Below are positions 1 through 9,717 of a stretch of 44,232 nucleotides of DNA, piece by piece (position 1 is the stretch's first letter; every line of letters starts with the position of its first letter). The stretch spans positions 1 through 44,232 of the forward strand of contig JAEOTP010000029.1 in assembly GCA_016839765.1 (NCBI GenBank), written 5' to 3'. Position numbers and translations under genes: made by a program. This DNA comes from Promethearchaeota archaeon. GTDB taxonomy: Archaea > Asgardarchaeota > Lokiarchaeia > Sigyniarchaeales > SOKP01. The notes under the pieces are model-generated. The model worked only from the letters and a program-made list of their open reading frames with translations. It was not told the DNA's origin and searched no databases.

Positions 1-133
1 TAAAACTTTCTTGATGATTTTTTAAAAAGAAAAAATTTCTTTTTTTTGAAATCCCAATAACTGCCATTGATTTAATATTGTTAATAAATGAAATATCCTT
101 TACATTTAAGTCTGAACTCTCTTGTTGTTCCAT
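1..133 (-). CDS. CoA-binding (Rossmann) domain protein, N-terminal part only (acyl-CoA synthetase, NDP-forming alpha-like); runs off the left edge
   Basis: Not in the ORF track. ATG at 133 on the minus strand reads MEQQESSDLNVKDISFINNIKSMAVIGISKKRNFFFLKNHQESF with no stop before the edge. SMAVIGIS resembles the S-(V/I)-A-V-I-G-x-S first strand of CoA-binding domains. Confidence 0.6.
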   Translation of the reverse strand, partial: MEQQESSDLNVKDISFINNIKSMAVIGISKKRNFFFLKNHQESF

Positions 134-277
134 CAATCTTATAAAATTAAAGATACGTTTAATAGTTTTTAAATCAAGAAATAGGATTTATTCATAATTT
201 TTTTATATTTATTTTGATCTAACTCTGCCATACAAAGAACTTCACAACACTTAAATACTTTGTTTGATATTATTATC

Positions 278-306
278 TTAGAAGGATTATAAGAAAATCC
301 TTCTAA
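278..306. promoter_or_regulatory. Perfect 11-bp inverted repeat (TTAGAAGGATT-N7-AATCCTTCTAA), candidate operator or 5'-UTR hairpin
   Basis: Arms at 278-288 and 296-306, in the divergent intergenic region, about 20 nt downstream of a TATA-like TTAAATA (251-257) and upstream of the ABC operon. Confidence 0.5.
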
Positions 307-406
307 ATAGGAAAACAATAATCAAATTCATAATATAGTAATTAGTTCAATTTAGGTTAAAATGTTAAAAAATTGTAAAAAAAAGTGTATTTAAGGAGGA
401 AAGAAA

Positions 407-1243
407 ATGGAAAGTTATGCTATAAGGACTCATGAACTTACTAAGAGTTTTGGTAGTGTTCTAGCAGTAAATAAATTAAATTTAAAAATTCCCTATGGTA
501 AAACTTATGGGTTATTAGGACCTAATGGAGCGGGCAAAACAACTACAGTAAGGATGCTAAACGGAATAATTTCAAGAACTTCAGGTGAAATCTATATCAC
601 AGACAAGGATATTAAATCTCATGAGAAATATGTGAAGATGATAAGCGGATTCTTACCAGAGAGTCCTGGATTATATCAAAAACTGAGTGCCAGAGAATTT
701 TTAATTTTTATTGGAGAATTATATTATTTACCTAAAAGCGTTATAATCTCCAGAGTTGAAGAACTTTTAGAATTATTTGGGCTATCTGAGAGAGCAAATG
801 ATCTGTTAGAAGGCTATTCTCGTGGTATGAAGCAAAAGGTATGTTTATGTGCCGCTCTCATTCAAGATCCACAAATTATATATCTTGACGAACCAACCTC
901 AAATCTCGATCCTGCGATTGCACGGATGGTCAAAGATTTAATAAAAGAGCTTGTTGTGAGGGCAGATAAGACCATTTTTATATGTACTCATCAATTAGAT
1001 GTTGCTGAAGAATTATGTGATCAAATTGGTATAATTAACAATGGGATTTTGAAAATTGAAGGGAGCCCAACAGAAATTATAGATAATATGGGAGCAAAAA
1101 ACTTAGAAGATGCTTATCTTAAAGTTATGGATGTAACCAAAATGGAAGATCTTTTAAGTTGGAGAGAAAGTGGCGAATTGAATAAGAAAATTGTAATATC
1201 AAGAAAAGGAAAAGTCAAAAAAGGAAAGAAAATGGTGGTATAA
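407..1243 (+). CDS. ABC transporter ATP-binding protein (ABC-2/DrrA-like exporter)
   Basis: Walker A GPNGAGKTT, signature YSRGMKQK, Walker B IYLDEPT, H-loop CTH; SD AAGGAGG upstream. Confidence 0.95.
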   Translation: MESYAIRTHELTKSFGSVLAVNKLNLKIPYGKTYGLLGPNGAGKTTTVRMLNGIISRTSGEIYITDKDIKSHEKYVKMISGFLPESPGLYQKLSAREFLIFIGELYYLPKSVIISRVEELLELFGLSERANDLLEGYSRGMKQKVCLCAALIQDPQIIYLDEPTSNLDPAIARMVKDLIKELVVRADKTIFICTHQLDVAEELCDQIGIINNGILKIEGSPTEIIDNMGAKNLEDAYLKVMDVTKMEDLLSWRESGELNKKIVISRKGKVKKGKKMVV

Positions 1244-1244
1244 A

Positions 1245-2876
1245 ATTCTTATCTTAGAACCTGAATATAATTATCAAGCAAACAAGCGAAAATTATGGCT
1301 AACAATAGCTAAAAATGAAATTAAGTTAAGAACTAGTTCTTTTCGAAATAATAGAAAACTGTTTTTTATTTTTTCATATTCAATATTAATACTATGGGCA
1401 TTCATTATAGCTCCACTCTTATTCGATTCATTCATGCCAACTATAGCAGCTCAAAATGCAGGTATATTTAAACCAGTTGTTGCTCTTTTAATTGAATCAT
1501 TCATGATGATACTATTTTTAATCATATTAATGCTTCCATTAAATAACGTCTATAACAAAGATGAAACAGGAATTAGAGAATCATTGGTGGCTTCTCCTGT
1601 TTTAGCACGCGACATCTTTCTTGGAGAATTTTTAGGGAAATTACCCCTCTATACTTTTGCAGTGTTGATTTTCGCGCCAATAGTAGTTGGAATGATAAAT
1701 CCTATTATAGATTTAACGGTAATTCAATATATCATTATATATACGTGTGCATTTGGCCTTGTTTATTTTGCTAATTTAATTGGTTCTATAATTTCTAGCT
1801 GGTTAGAGCATAAAATCTCAAAAAGTGAAAGTGCTCGAGATTGGGGAAAAGCATTAATCATGATTCTTACGATTGTTATGGTCATAATGATGTATGCGGT
1901 TATATTTTTTATCAACGAGATACTTATGAATCCGGAGTTAAAGAATTGGCTAAGTTTTTATCCATCAATTTGGTTTTCTAATATCATATTACATGCAATT
2001 GACCCCTTGCTACTTAATTCATACCTTCTAAATATTTGGTTTAGTATTGGTTTGACTCTCTGCATTCCTCTAATGGTATTATATATTTCATATAAAAAAG
2101 CCCATGTTTTTTACTCTTTAGAAGGTATAAGTGCAAATAGCACTTCAGGAACTAAACAAGATAGCATCTTCTATTCAATGTTAAACAAATTAGCAGGTCG
2201 TAAATTTGGAGGATTATTAATTGTTCAGATGAAACGATTCGTTAGAAAAAAGGCAAATCTCGCAAGAATAGCTTATGTAATCGGGTTAGTTGGATTTATG
2301 ACATGGTTTATATCTACAACTATGGAAGACTATGAAGGAATGATTTTCAGTTCCTCAATGCTAATTGCTATAGGAGGAGCTGTATCAAGTATGATGCTAG
2401 GACATCTTATATTCATCAATTCAAAAGATGTAATCTGGGTTTATAAGAAATCGCCAAGAGGGATTAAAGGATTGGTCTATTCTTATTTGTTGAATATGCT
2501 GATAATAAGTTTATTTATATCATTATTTATAACTATCCTGCACTCGTTTTTTGCCAATATTAAATTAGTTGATGCATTAATTTTCTTTTCATTATTTCTG
2601 GTGAATATGGAAATTTCTATGCTACAATCAGTGGGTTTACAATCTATGAATCCTGCATTTGGAGAGAAAGAGTCTAATATGAAATCTAATACTATAATAT
2701 CTATGCTTATAATGCAACCAGTATTCATGATGCCAGTTTTTTTATTGATCTTTATCAACCCACCCACACTATTAATGATGAGAATTGTCATGCTAGCGCC
2801 AGTGTTTATATTCAATATTGTGGTAGGAACAATACTACTATATATTGGGATGAAAAAATTAAATAAAATAGAATAA
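1245..2876 (+). CDS. ABC exporter permease (multi-TM)
   Basis: Many hydrophobic helices and an SPVxARDIFLGEFLGK permease-like motif; follows the ATPase. The track starts it at 1434, but the frame is open from 1197 and contains an extra TM (LFFIFSYSILILWAFIIAPLLF). Proposed start is ATT at 1245 behind GGTGG (1234-1238). Confidence 0.8.
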   Translation: MLILEPEYNYQANKRKLWLTIAKNEIKLRTSSFRNNRKLFFIFSYSILILWAFIIAPLLFDSFMPTIAAQNAGIFKPVVALLIESFMMILFLIILMLPLNNVYNKDETGIRESLVASPVLARDIFLGEFLGKLPLYTFAVLIFAPIVVGMINPIIDLTVIQYIIIYTCAFGLVYFANLIGSIISSWLEHKISKSESARDWGKALIMILTIVMVIMMYAVIFFINEILMNPELKNWLSFYPSIWFSNIILHAIDPLLLNSYLLNIWFSIGLTLCIPLMVLYISYKKAHVFYSLEGISANSTSGTKQDSIFYSMLNKLAGRKFGGLLIVQMKRFVRKKANLARIAYVIGLVGFMTWFISTTMEDYEGMIFSSSMLIAIGGAVSSMMLGHLIFINSKDVIWVYKKSPRGIKGLVYSYLLNMLIISLFISLFITILHSFFANIKLVDALIFFSLFLVNMEISMLQSVGLQSMNPAFGEKESNMKSNTIISMLIMQPVFMMPVFLLIFINPPTLLMMRIVMLAPVFIFNIVVGTILLYIGMKKLNKIE

Positions 2877-2905
2877 AATAAAAAAAAACATGAGGTAGAA
2901 TAAAG

Positions 2906-3322
2906 TTGGCATGGATGATTCCAATTATCTCAGCGGGGGATAATAAAAAGAGAAAAGGAGTTAGTATAATATTAGCTTTATTAATATTAGCTGGAATGTT
3001 ATTTATGATGTTAGGTTTCTTTTATTCTTCAGAGCATTTTCAACTTGGCTCAATTCGAATATTGTTTACAATAATCGTTGCTTTAATTATTTTTGGAGTG
3101 TTTACTATTTTTATGATTATATTGATAAAAAGCAAAAATACGCGTCAAGAAACAATAAAAAAATATAGCCATGAACATGAAATACAATCCCAAGATTATG
3201 AATATCAAGTAAAACCTCAAGAAGGCTCTAAAAGATCACGTGAAATGTATTGCCCTTATTGTGGTGGCAATACAACTTTAGATGCAATTTTTTGTCCAAA
3301 CTGTGGAAATAAAATAGAATAA
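2906..3322 (+). CDS. Two-TM membrane protein with C-terminal zinc ribbon
   Basis: Two hydrophobic helices, then CPYC-x10-CPNC; TTG start behind GAGGT. Confidence 0.85.
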   Translation: MAWMIPIISAGDNKKRKGVSIILALLILAGMLFMMLGFFYSSEHFQLGSIRILFTIIVALIIFGVFTIFMIILIKSKNTRQETIKKYSHEHEIQSQDYEYQVKPQEGSKRSREMYCPYCGGNTTLDAIFCPNCGNKIE

Positions 3323-3453
3323 GTTTAACATAATTGAGGGTTAAAATTAAAATCAAAATTTTTTCAATTATTAATTAAAAAATAAAAAAAGTTTATGAAA
3401 GGAGGAAAAAAGATATACATTATAAGTAATAAAAAGAGGGTTTAGTTTATTCT

Positions 3454-4104
3454 ATGGTTGAAGATATTGATTTAGAATCTATTCAAAAAAAGATTATAAA
3501 AACTGCTCACCAACATGGGCTTTTTGACATGTTATTCGGCTTTATTTATGCAGGAATGGCATTTGCTCCCTTTTTTCGTGAATCTTTACCTGAACCCTAT
3601 AGATATTTCTTATGGCCACTAATTCTTCTTTGTGTAGTTTATATAGTAACATTTATCGTTGTTAAATACGTCATCAGACCTAGGATGGGATTTGCAAAAC
3701 CTGGGCCGAAACTAAAATCTGTTAGAAAAAAATTAATTATTATTACCTTAATCCAAGTTATATTCACATTAACAATCTTTCTTTTGCCTATCATTGGAAT
3801 CACATCTGGAGTACAAGTAGAAGGCGTTCTATTTGTATTGATTATAGGTTTGGTTTTTATCATACCACCTTTCACGATTATAGCTTATTTATTAAAATAT
3901 CCAAGGTTATATGCAATAGGAGCACTTATTTGGATGGGTATTTTCATCAATGAAACATTAAACCGTTCAATAGATTATAGAATTAGATGGCTTTTCTCGT
4001 TTGGAATTATTGGAATTATTATTCTTTCAATGGGAATTATAATTTTTGTTCGATTCCTTAAAAATTATCCATTACCAAAAAAGGAGGATATTTCAAATGG
4101 TTGA
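3454..4104 (+). CDS. Hypothetical multi-TM membrane protein (paralog of the next gene)
   Basis: About 6 TM helices; shares GxxDxxxG, PRxGxxKxGxKxK and FLxxYPxPKK with 4097..4747. Confidence 0.85.
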   Translation: MVEDIDLESIQKKIIKTAHQHGLFDMLFGFIYAGMAFAPFFRESLPEPYRYFLWPLILLCVVYIVTFIVVKYVIRPRMGFAKPGPKLKSVRKKLIIITLIQVIFTLTIFLLPIIGITSGVQVEGVLFVLIIGLVFIIPPFTIIAYLLKYPRLYAIGALIWMGIFINETLNRSIDYRIRWLFSFGIIGIIILSMGIIIFVRFLKNYPLPKKEDISNG

Positions 4105-4747
4105 TATTGATAATGATGTATTAGATATAAAATCTTTAGAAAAGAAAGTGTATAGATCTTTCTTTGAAGATGGTTTTTGGGATATTTTTATTGGTATGTT
4201 ATTGCTTGGTTTCGGTTTGGGTTGGACTCGAATAATTTTCGATATATTTGAGCCTTTGGACATTATGATAATTTCAATTATCTGGACCACTATAACCTTT
4301 TTAATATATTATCTGGGAAAGAAATTTATAACCCTTCCTCGAATTGGAATTGTTAAATTTGGACAAAAAAGAAAGGTTCGGCAAAAAAAATTAAAAATTT
4401 TCCTCTTAATTAATGTTTTATTTGGTTGTATTGTCTTTATTCTAACATTTTTTGGATTATTAGAATTTCTTGCTTTAGCGGGATCATTAACTCCTTTGCT
4501 TATTGGTTTGATTTCATATACCTTTCCTTTTACAATTGTTGCCTACTTCTTGGACTTTAATCGGCTTTATATTTATGCTCTTATGGGGGGTTTCAGCTTT
4601 TTCATCTCGGATATTATTTATTCTATTCTAGGAAGTCCATTAGATAGCATAATCGGATTTGGAGTCCCTGGAGGAATTATAGTGGTGGTTGGGTTAATAT
4701 TTTTCATAAAATTCTTACGTAAGTATCCTAAACCAAAAAAAGATTAA
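4097..4747 (+). CDS. Hypothetical multi-TM membrane protein (tandem paralog)
   Basis: The track start at 4046 is unlikely. ATG 4097 follows AAGGAGG, overlaps the previous stop and gives MVDIDND..., which aligns with the paralog N-terminus MVEDID. Confidence 0.85.
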   Translation: MVDIDNDVLDIKSLEKKVYRSFFEDGFWDIFIGMLLLGFGLGWTRIIFDIFEPLDIMIISIIWTTITFLIYYLGKKFITLPRIGIVKFGQKRKVRQKKLKIFLLINVLFGCIVFILTFFGLLEFLALAGSLTPLLIGLISYTFPFTIVAYFLDFNRLYIYALMGGFSFFISDIIYSILGSPLDSIIGFGVPGGIIVVVGLIFFIKFLRKYPKPKKD

Positions 4748-4770
4748 AAAATCCAAAAGGTTGATTTAAG

Positions 4771-5097
4771 ACGAGCAAAGAAAAAAATAATATAGATAAA
4801 ATAACTTCGATTTCAGATATTGATAAATTAATTCATGAACCTGCTCGTCTTAGCATTATAGCTTATTTATATGTAGTAGAAAGCGCAGACATGGTATTTT
4901 TAAAAAATCAAACAGAGTTAACATGGGGAAATCTATCTTCACATATCAGTAAACTTGAAGAAGCTGGTTATGTAAATGTTGAGAAACGATTTAAAGGTAA
5001 GAAACCTCAAACATTACTCCATTTATCAGAGAAAGGACGAAATGCTTTTACTGAATATAGAAAAAAATTAACTCAGGTTTTGGGTAAAATATCTTAG
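4771..5097 (+). CDS. Winged helix-turn-helix transcriptional regulator (ArsR/MarR-like, HTH_34 type)
   Basis: GNLSSHISKLEEAGYV recognition helix and wing. The family N-terminal motif DKLIHEPARLSI lies in frame upstream of the track ATG (4891). Proposed start is ACG 4771 behind AGGTTGA; ATA 4792 and 4801 are alternatives. Confidence 0.85.
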   Translation, partial: TSKEKNNIDKITSISDIDKLIHEPARLSIIAYLYVVESADMVFLKNQTELTWGNLSSHISKLEEAGYVNVEKRFKGKKPQTLLHLSEKGRNAFTEYRKKLTQVLGKIS

Positions 5098-5220
5098 AGA
5101 AAAATTTAAGAAAACAAATTGATTACACTTAAACTTAATACTTTATAAAAAAAATAATTATATAGATTCTAAAATCTTATAAAATTAATTTATTGCATAA
5201 AATTTAAATTGAATTGAGTT

Positions 5221-5721
5221 ATGACTGAGATGGATAAAATAAAAGAACGGTCAGAAAGGATGATAAAATTATTTAATGCATTCAAAAACCAGGAATTAAA
5301 AGATTTCCCCGTACCTCCTTTTTCAAAATGGCTAAATGGTAAGATTATTAAAGCAGAATATGGAAAATTAGAGTTGGAATTTAAAGTTAGACCTGAGATG
5401 GCAAATCCTACCGGTTTATTACATGGTGGAATGCAATGTGGATTAATGGATGATGCTATAGGAATGACGACAGCAACTTTAGGGTATGAAGGATTCCCCA
5501 TTTCAATAGATTTTCATGTTGATTACTTAGGGAAAGTAAAAGTTGATGAAAAAGTAAAAGTTATTGGTAAGATAATCCGCGAAGGTCGAAATATAATCCA
5601 TGCCATTGCGGAAATTTATGACTTCAATGGAAATTTAATCTCTACTGGAAATTCTAATTTACTTAAAACCACCTATGTGCCTAATTATGTGAAAAATGCT
5701 GATAAACTAAAAAAGATATAA
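5221..5721 (+). CDS. PaaI-family hotdog-fold acyl-CoA thioesterase
   Basis: NPTGLLHGG-x6-DD motif. Confidence 0.9.
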   Translation: MTEMDKIKERSERMIKLFNAFKNQELKDFPVPPFSKWLNGKIIKAEYGKLELEFKVRPEMANPTGLLHGGMQCGLMDDAIGMTTATLGYEGFPISIDFHVDYLGKVKVDEKVKVIGKIIREGRNIIHAIAEIYDFNGNLISTGNSNLLKTTYVPNYVKNADKLKKI

Positions 5722-5832
5722 TAATTCTTCTTATCATAATAAGAAAATAATTACCTATCAACTGAATTTATATATGAATATTTTCAAAATTAAAGAAATT
5801 AAAAAAATGAGTTAATTATTAAATGAAACTAC

Positions 5833-8800
5833 TCATCTGAGAATTGACATTTTTTTAATAATGATATTATGAAGCTCTACGATATTTTTTTCCATATCCA
5901 TCAAATCGAATTCAAGTCCTAATCGTGATTTAAGAAGCGGAGGAATATATTCTGGTTTTAAAAACACAGGAATGATAGGTTTGTCAATCATATCAGCTGC
6001 AGTCCATTCTTTTTTGACAGGTATAGAATTTAGAGCATTTTCAGAACAAAATATTATTAGTACATGGCTCTTACCAAGATATTCATCCATATACTCCATA
6101 ATATTATCTGTTATGTGTTTTTCACAATAATAAACTTCTTTTATTTCGTCATATTCAGTTAATCTTTTCGCAATCTCTTCTATTTTAAATAGTTCTGCAT
6201 CTTTTATAGCATAACTCACAAACACTAAAAGATCTGTTAATTTTTCACTTGGCTTAAATTTTTCTTCTAGGAGAGGATAATTTCTGAATTTCTGAATAAA
6301 ACCCCCATCCTTTAAAAATTTACCAATTTTTTTTGCTGTTTTATAATCATATTCCAGCTTGACTACTAAATCATAAAGGGTGGGTTTAATGAATTCTCTT
6401 AAGATTTTTGTACTAAACGATTGTAATTCTTCAATTTCAGAAGTATTGTAAGTTATAGGATTTAATAAGATATTTTGATAATAATCAGTATCTGAAATTT
6501 CAATATTTAAATAAGAAACCATTTCTCCTTTTGTTATATCTCTCTGTTTCTCATACTCAAATTCTATAATCTTTTTAACAGCATTGTTGGTTTCTGTAGG
6601 ATCTCTCAGATTTTTTAACTTTTCAAAAGCAATAGATTGAATTTCCTCAAAATTAAATAAATCAGCGCTTTCTAAAATGTAGTTCAATTGTTCGATTGCT
6701 ACTGAATAATTATTTTCTGCAATTAACTCCTCCACATCGGATAATTTGCCTCGTAACTCTTTAACGAGTTGTTCTTTTTCTTCCATTAATAAATCCCATA
6801 TCAAGACATCGCCTGAACTATAACCTGCCATTATTTGCTTTTTATTTGGAATAAACCTTAACGAATTGACTTTTGATAAATAATAATAGGTTGTTTGATA
6901 TTTTTCAATAAAATCCCATATTCTAACAAAATTATCTTCTGTTCCACATGCTACAAATAATCCATCAGATGAGAACGCTACTGATGTTACTGGACTGTTT
7001 ATTTTTTCAAATGTATAATCAAGTTCACCTGTATTAAATTTCCATATTCTTACAGTTTGGTCTTTAGAACCACTAGCAATATATTCTCCATCAGGTGAAA
7101 TTGCAACTGCTGTTACTGGTTCAGTATGTCCTTGAAGTGTTCGAATTGGTTTCCCTCCTTTTAGTTCCCATATATTTATAGAATTATCTTCTGAACCAGT
7201 AATAATATAATCTCCATCAGGAGAAACATCAATACTAGTGATAGCTTTAGAATGCCCTTTTAATTTTTTTTTTAATTTACCCGTAGAATATTCCCAAATT
7301 ATTGCAGTTTTATCTTTAGAACCACTAACAATATATTTTTTATCCTTTGCTACTGCAACAGAAGTTATAGCATCTTCATGACTACTAAAGGTCCAAATAT
7401 CCTCCCCACTATCTACTTCCCATACTTTTAAAGTGTTATCATTGGAAGTACTAAACACAAAATTTCCATCAGGAGAGAAAGCTACAGAATTGATAATATC
7501 TGTATGACCTTCGAGGGTTTTAATTAATTCTCCGTTAGAAAGATCCCATATAATTAAAGATTTATTTGATAAACCACTTACTGCATATTTTCCATCAGAA
7601 GAAACTGCTACTGAATTTACATTATCAGAATGACCCTTTATGATTTTAAAAATACCACCGAAACTTAGAGACCAGGTTCTTACAGTTCCATCTAGGGAAC
7701 CACTAACCGCTAATTTACCATCTGGACTAATAGCTACGGTTGAGACTTCTTTTAAGTGGTCATCAAATGTTTGAATTAGTTGGTGTTTAGTCGTATCCCA
7801 TATTTTGACTGTAGTATCACTAGAACCGCTAATTAAATGTGGTCCTATAGGAGAACATGAAACACTCAATACCTCATCTGTATGGTCTTCAAGAGATTTA
7901 ATTAAATTAAATTCTGAATAGAAATCCCACATCTTTATTGAGTTATCATCTGAACCACTAAAAATGATTCCACCTTTAGGAGAAATTGAAATGGATAAAA
8001 CTTTACCTTTATGTTCACTAATGGTTTTAATTGCTTGTTTTGAAGAAAAATCCCATATTTTTATATTTTTATCTTCTGACCCAGTAACAAAATATTTCTC
8101 ATTAGGGGTAAAAGCTATAGATGTTATTGGTCCTTTATGTTCTTTTGTTTCCCATATGAAATCTTTTACGTCATAATCCCATATTTTTAAATAATTATTG
8201 TTTAAGCCCAACATTATTTGGTTACTTTTCGGGATAAAAATTGCTGAAAGCGCAACATTTGGCAATTTTTGAGATGTTAAGTTATTTTGTGTTTTAACAT
8301 CCCATAAAATTACACTTTTATCCCAAGATGCACTAATAAGATAATCTCCATCAGAAGAAAATGCAACTGAAGAAATCGGTTTTTTATGTCCTTTAAAAGT
8401 TCCTAGGAGTCTTTGTGTATTGATATCCCATATTTTTATTAAATTATCGTTTCCTCCTGTCGCTAAATAGACTCCATTTGGAGAAATTGTTATTACAATT
8501 ACACCATCAGAATGAGCTGCTATAGGACTAAAAAGTTTATCTTCTGCCAACTCCCATACCATTATATTATTATCAGAAGAACCTGCTATTAAGTATCTCC
8601 CATTAGGAGAAAAAGTTAAAGATCGTATTGAATCAGTATCTCCCTTCAATGTCCTAATAAGCTTACCTGTAGATAATTCCCAAAATTTAATAGTTTTGTC
8701 ATCAGATCCACTTATAAATAAATCTTCCTTGGGGGAAATTGCAATAGATTGCACACTCCCTTCATGATCTTTAAGTAAGTAAATAGGTCTTCCTTTAGAG

Positions 8801-9510
8801 AAATCCCAAACCTTAACATTATTGTCTTCTCCACCACTAACGATAAAGTCTCCATTAGGAGAAATTGCTAATGAATTCACACCACCAGAATGCCCTTTTA
8901 TTGTACGAATAAATTTTTGCTTCTCTAAATTCCATACTCTAATAGAACCTTCCTCAGTTCCTGATACTAAAGAATTACCATCTTGGGAAATGGCAATTGA
9001 AGAAACAGCATTTTTATGTTCTAATTTTTTTCCCACCTGTTTTCCTGTGAAAATATCCCATACAATTACATTGGTATCTTTAGAACTACTAATAAAATGT
9101 TTTCCATTAGGTGAAACTGTAACTGCTGTTATTGGTTCAGTATGTCCTTGAAGTGTTCGAATTGGTTTCCCTCTTTTTAATCCCCATACTTTAATCGTGT
9201 TATCCGAAGAGCCACTAATTATATAATTATCGTCCATAGACACAGCTACGGATAATATTGATTGATCGTGAGCTTCAATTGACTTTAGAAGATTTCCCGT
9301 TGAGAAATCCCAAATTTTAATTGTATTATCTTTTGAACCGCTAACTATATATTCTCCATTATGAGATATACTCACCGAGGTTACATCATTACTATGTCCA
9401 AAATTTTGCGTTAATTGAAATGCTTTCCCAAGACCTTTTTTTTCTGGAAATAAATGCTTTGGATATTCAAAACTGCCCTTTTTACCATTTTCTTCTAATT
9501 CATATTGCAG
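5833..9510 (-). CDS. WD40-repeat (21 repeats) protein with C-terminal TIR domain
   Basis: 21 repeats of about 42 aa (GH...S.DG...SGS.D..IK.WD) counted by hand, then a helical linker and a TIR domain (VFVSY, IFCSENALNS..VKKEW, IIPVF). The track start GTG 9375 cuts repeat 1. The frame extends to CTG 9510, 6 nt behind a perfect AGGTGA. Confidence 0.92.
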   Translation of the reverse strand: MQYELEENGKKGSFEYPKHLFPEKKGLGKAFQLTQNFGHSNDVTSVSISHNGEYIVSGSKDNTIKIWDFSTGNLLKSIEAHDQSILSVAVSMDDNYIISGSSDNTIKVWGLKRGKPIRTLQGHTEPITAVTVSPNGKHFISSSKDTNVIVWDIFTGKQVGKKLEHKNAVSSIAISQDGNSLVSGTEEGSIRVWNLEKQKFIRTIKGHSGGVNSLAISPNGDFIVSGGEDNNVKVWDFSKGRPIYLLKDHEGSVQSIAISPKEDLFISGSDDKTIKFWELSTGKLIRTLKGDTDSIRSLTFSPNGRYLIAGSSDNNIMVWELAEDKLFSPIAAHSDGVIVITISPNGVYLATGGNDNLIKIWDINTQRLLGTFKGHKKPISSVAFSSDGDYLISASWDKSVILWDVKTQNNLTSQKLPNVALSAIFIPKSNQIMLGLNNNYLKIWDYDVKDFIWETKEHKGPITSIAFTPNEKYFVTGSEDKNIKIWDFSSKQAIKTISEHKGKVLSISISPKGGIIFSGSDDNSIKMWDFYSEFNLIKSLEDHTDEVLSVSCSPIGPHLISGSSDTTVKIWDTTKHQLIQTFDDHLKEVSTVAISPDGKLAVSGSLDGTVRTWSLSFGGIFKIIKGHSDNVNSVAVSSDGKYAVSGLSNKSLIIWDLSNGELIKTLEGHTDIINSVAFSPDGNFVFSTSNDNTLKVWEVDSGEDIWTFSSHEDAITSVAVAKDKKYIVSGSKDKTAIIWEYSTGKLKKKLKGHSKAITSIDVSPDGDYIITGSEDNSINIWELKGGKPIRTLQGHTEPVTAVAISPDGEYIASGSKDQTVRIWKFNTGELDYTFEKINSPVTSVAFSSDGLFVACGTEDNFVRIWDFIEKYQTTYYYLSKVNSLRFIPNKKQIMAGYSSGDVLIWDLLMEEKEQLVKELRGKLSDVEELIAENNYSVAIEQLNYILESADLFNFEEIQSIAFEKLKNLRDPTETNNAVKKIIEFEYEKQRDITKGEMVSYLNIEISDTDYYQNILLNPITYNTSEIEELQSFSTKILREFIKPTLYDLVVKLEYDYKTAKKIGKFLKDGGFIQKFRNYPLLEEKFKPSEKLTDLLVFVSYAIKDAELFKIEEIAKRLTEYDEIKEVYYCEKHITDNIMEYMDEYLGKSHVLIIFCSENALNSIPVKKEWTAADMIDKPIIPVFLKPEYIPPLLKSRLGLEFDLMDMEKNIVELHNIIIKKMSILR
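7105..7157. repeat. 53-nt direct repeat, copy in WD40 repeat 19
   Basis: AACTGCTGTTACTGGTTCAGTATGTCCTTGAAGTGTTCGAATTGGTTTCCCTC; 52/53 identical to 9121-9173. Confidence 0.9.
9121..9173. repeat. 53-nt direct repeat, copy in WD40 repeat 3
   Basis: AACTGCTGTTATTGGTTCAGTATGTCCTTGAAGTGTTCGAATTGGTTTCCCTC; offset 2016 nt, which is 16 x 126 nt. Confidence 0.9.
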
Positions 9511-9717
9511 GAAAAATCACCTTTCTAAGTATTTTTGAATTTCAAAATAATATTTATATTACAGTTAAATATTGATCGCTTCTACGTTTAAATATTTTCA
9601 AATTTATATGAAATCGAGAAATTTAATAATTTAGTCTTAAAAAAATAAAGATTAAGGTTTGTTAATTGTTAACTTGAAATTTAAAACTTAAAAAGAAAAA
9701 AAAAGTAATTAATTATT

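Noticed and set aside
1178-1245. Programmed frameshift fusing the ABC ATPase to the permease through the A-rich tail
   Set aside because: The permease frame is open from 1197, so it cannot be excluded, but an SD-positioned ATT right after the ATPase stop is simpler and matches other genes in the window.
7105-9173. 53-nt repeat pair as a DGR template/variable repeat
   Set aside because: There is no reverse transcriptase in the window, both copies are coding and mid-gene, and flanking mismatches are not adenine-specific.
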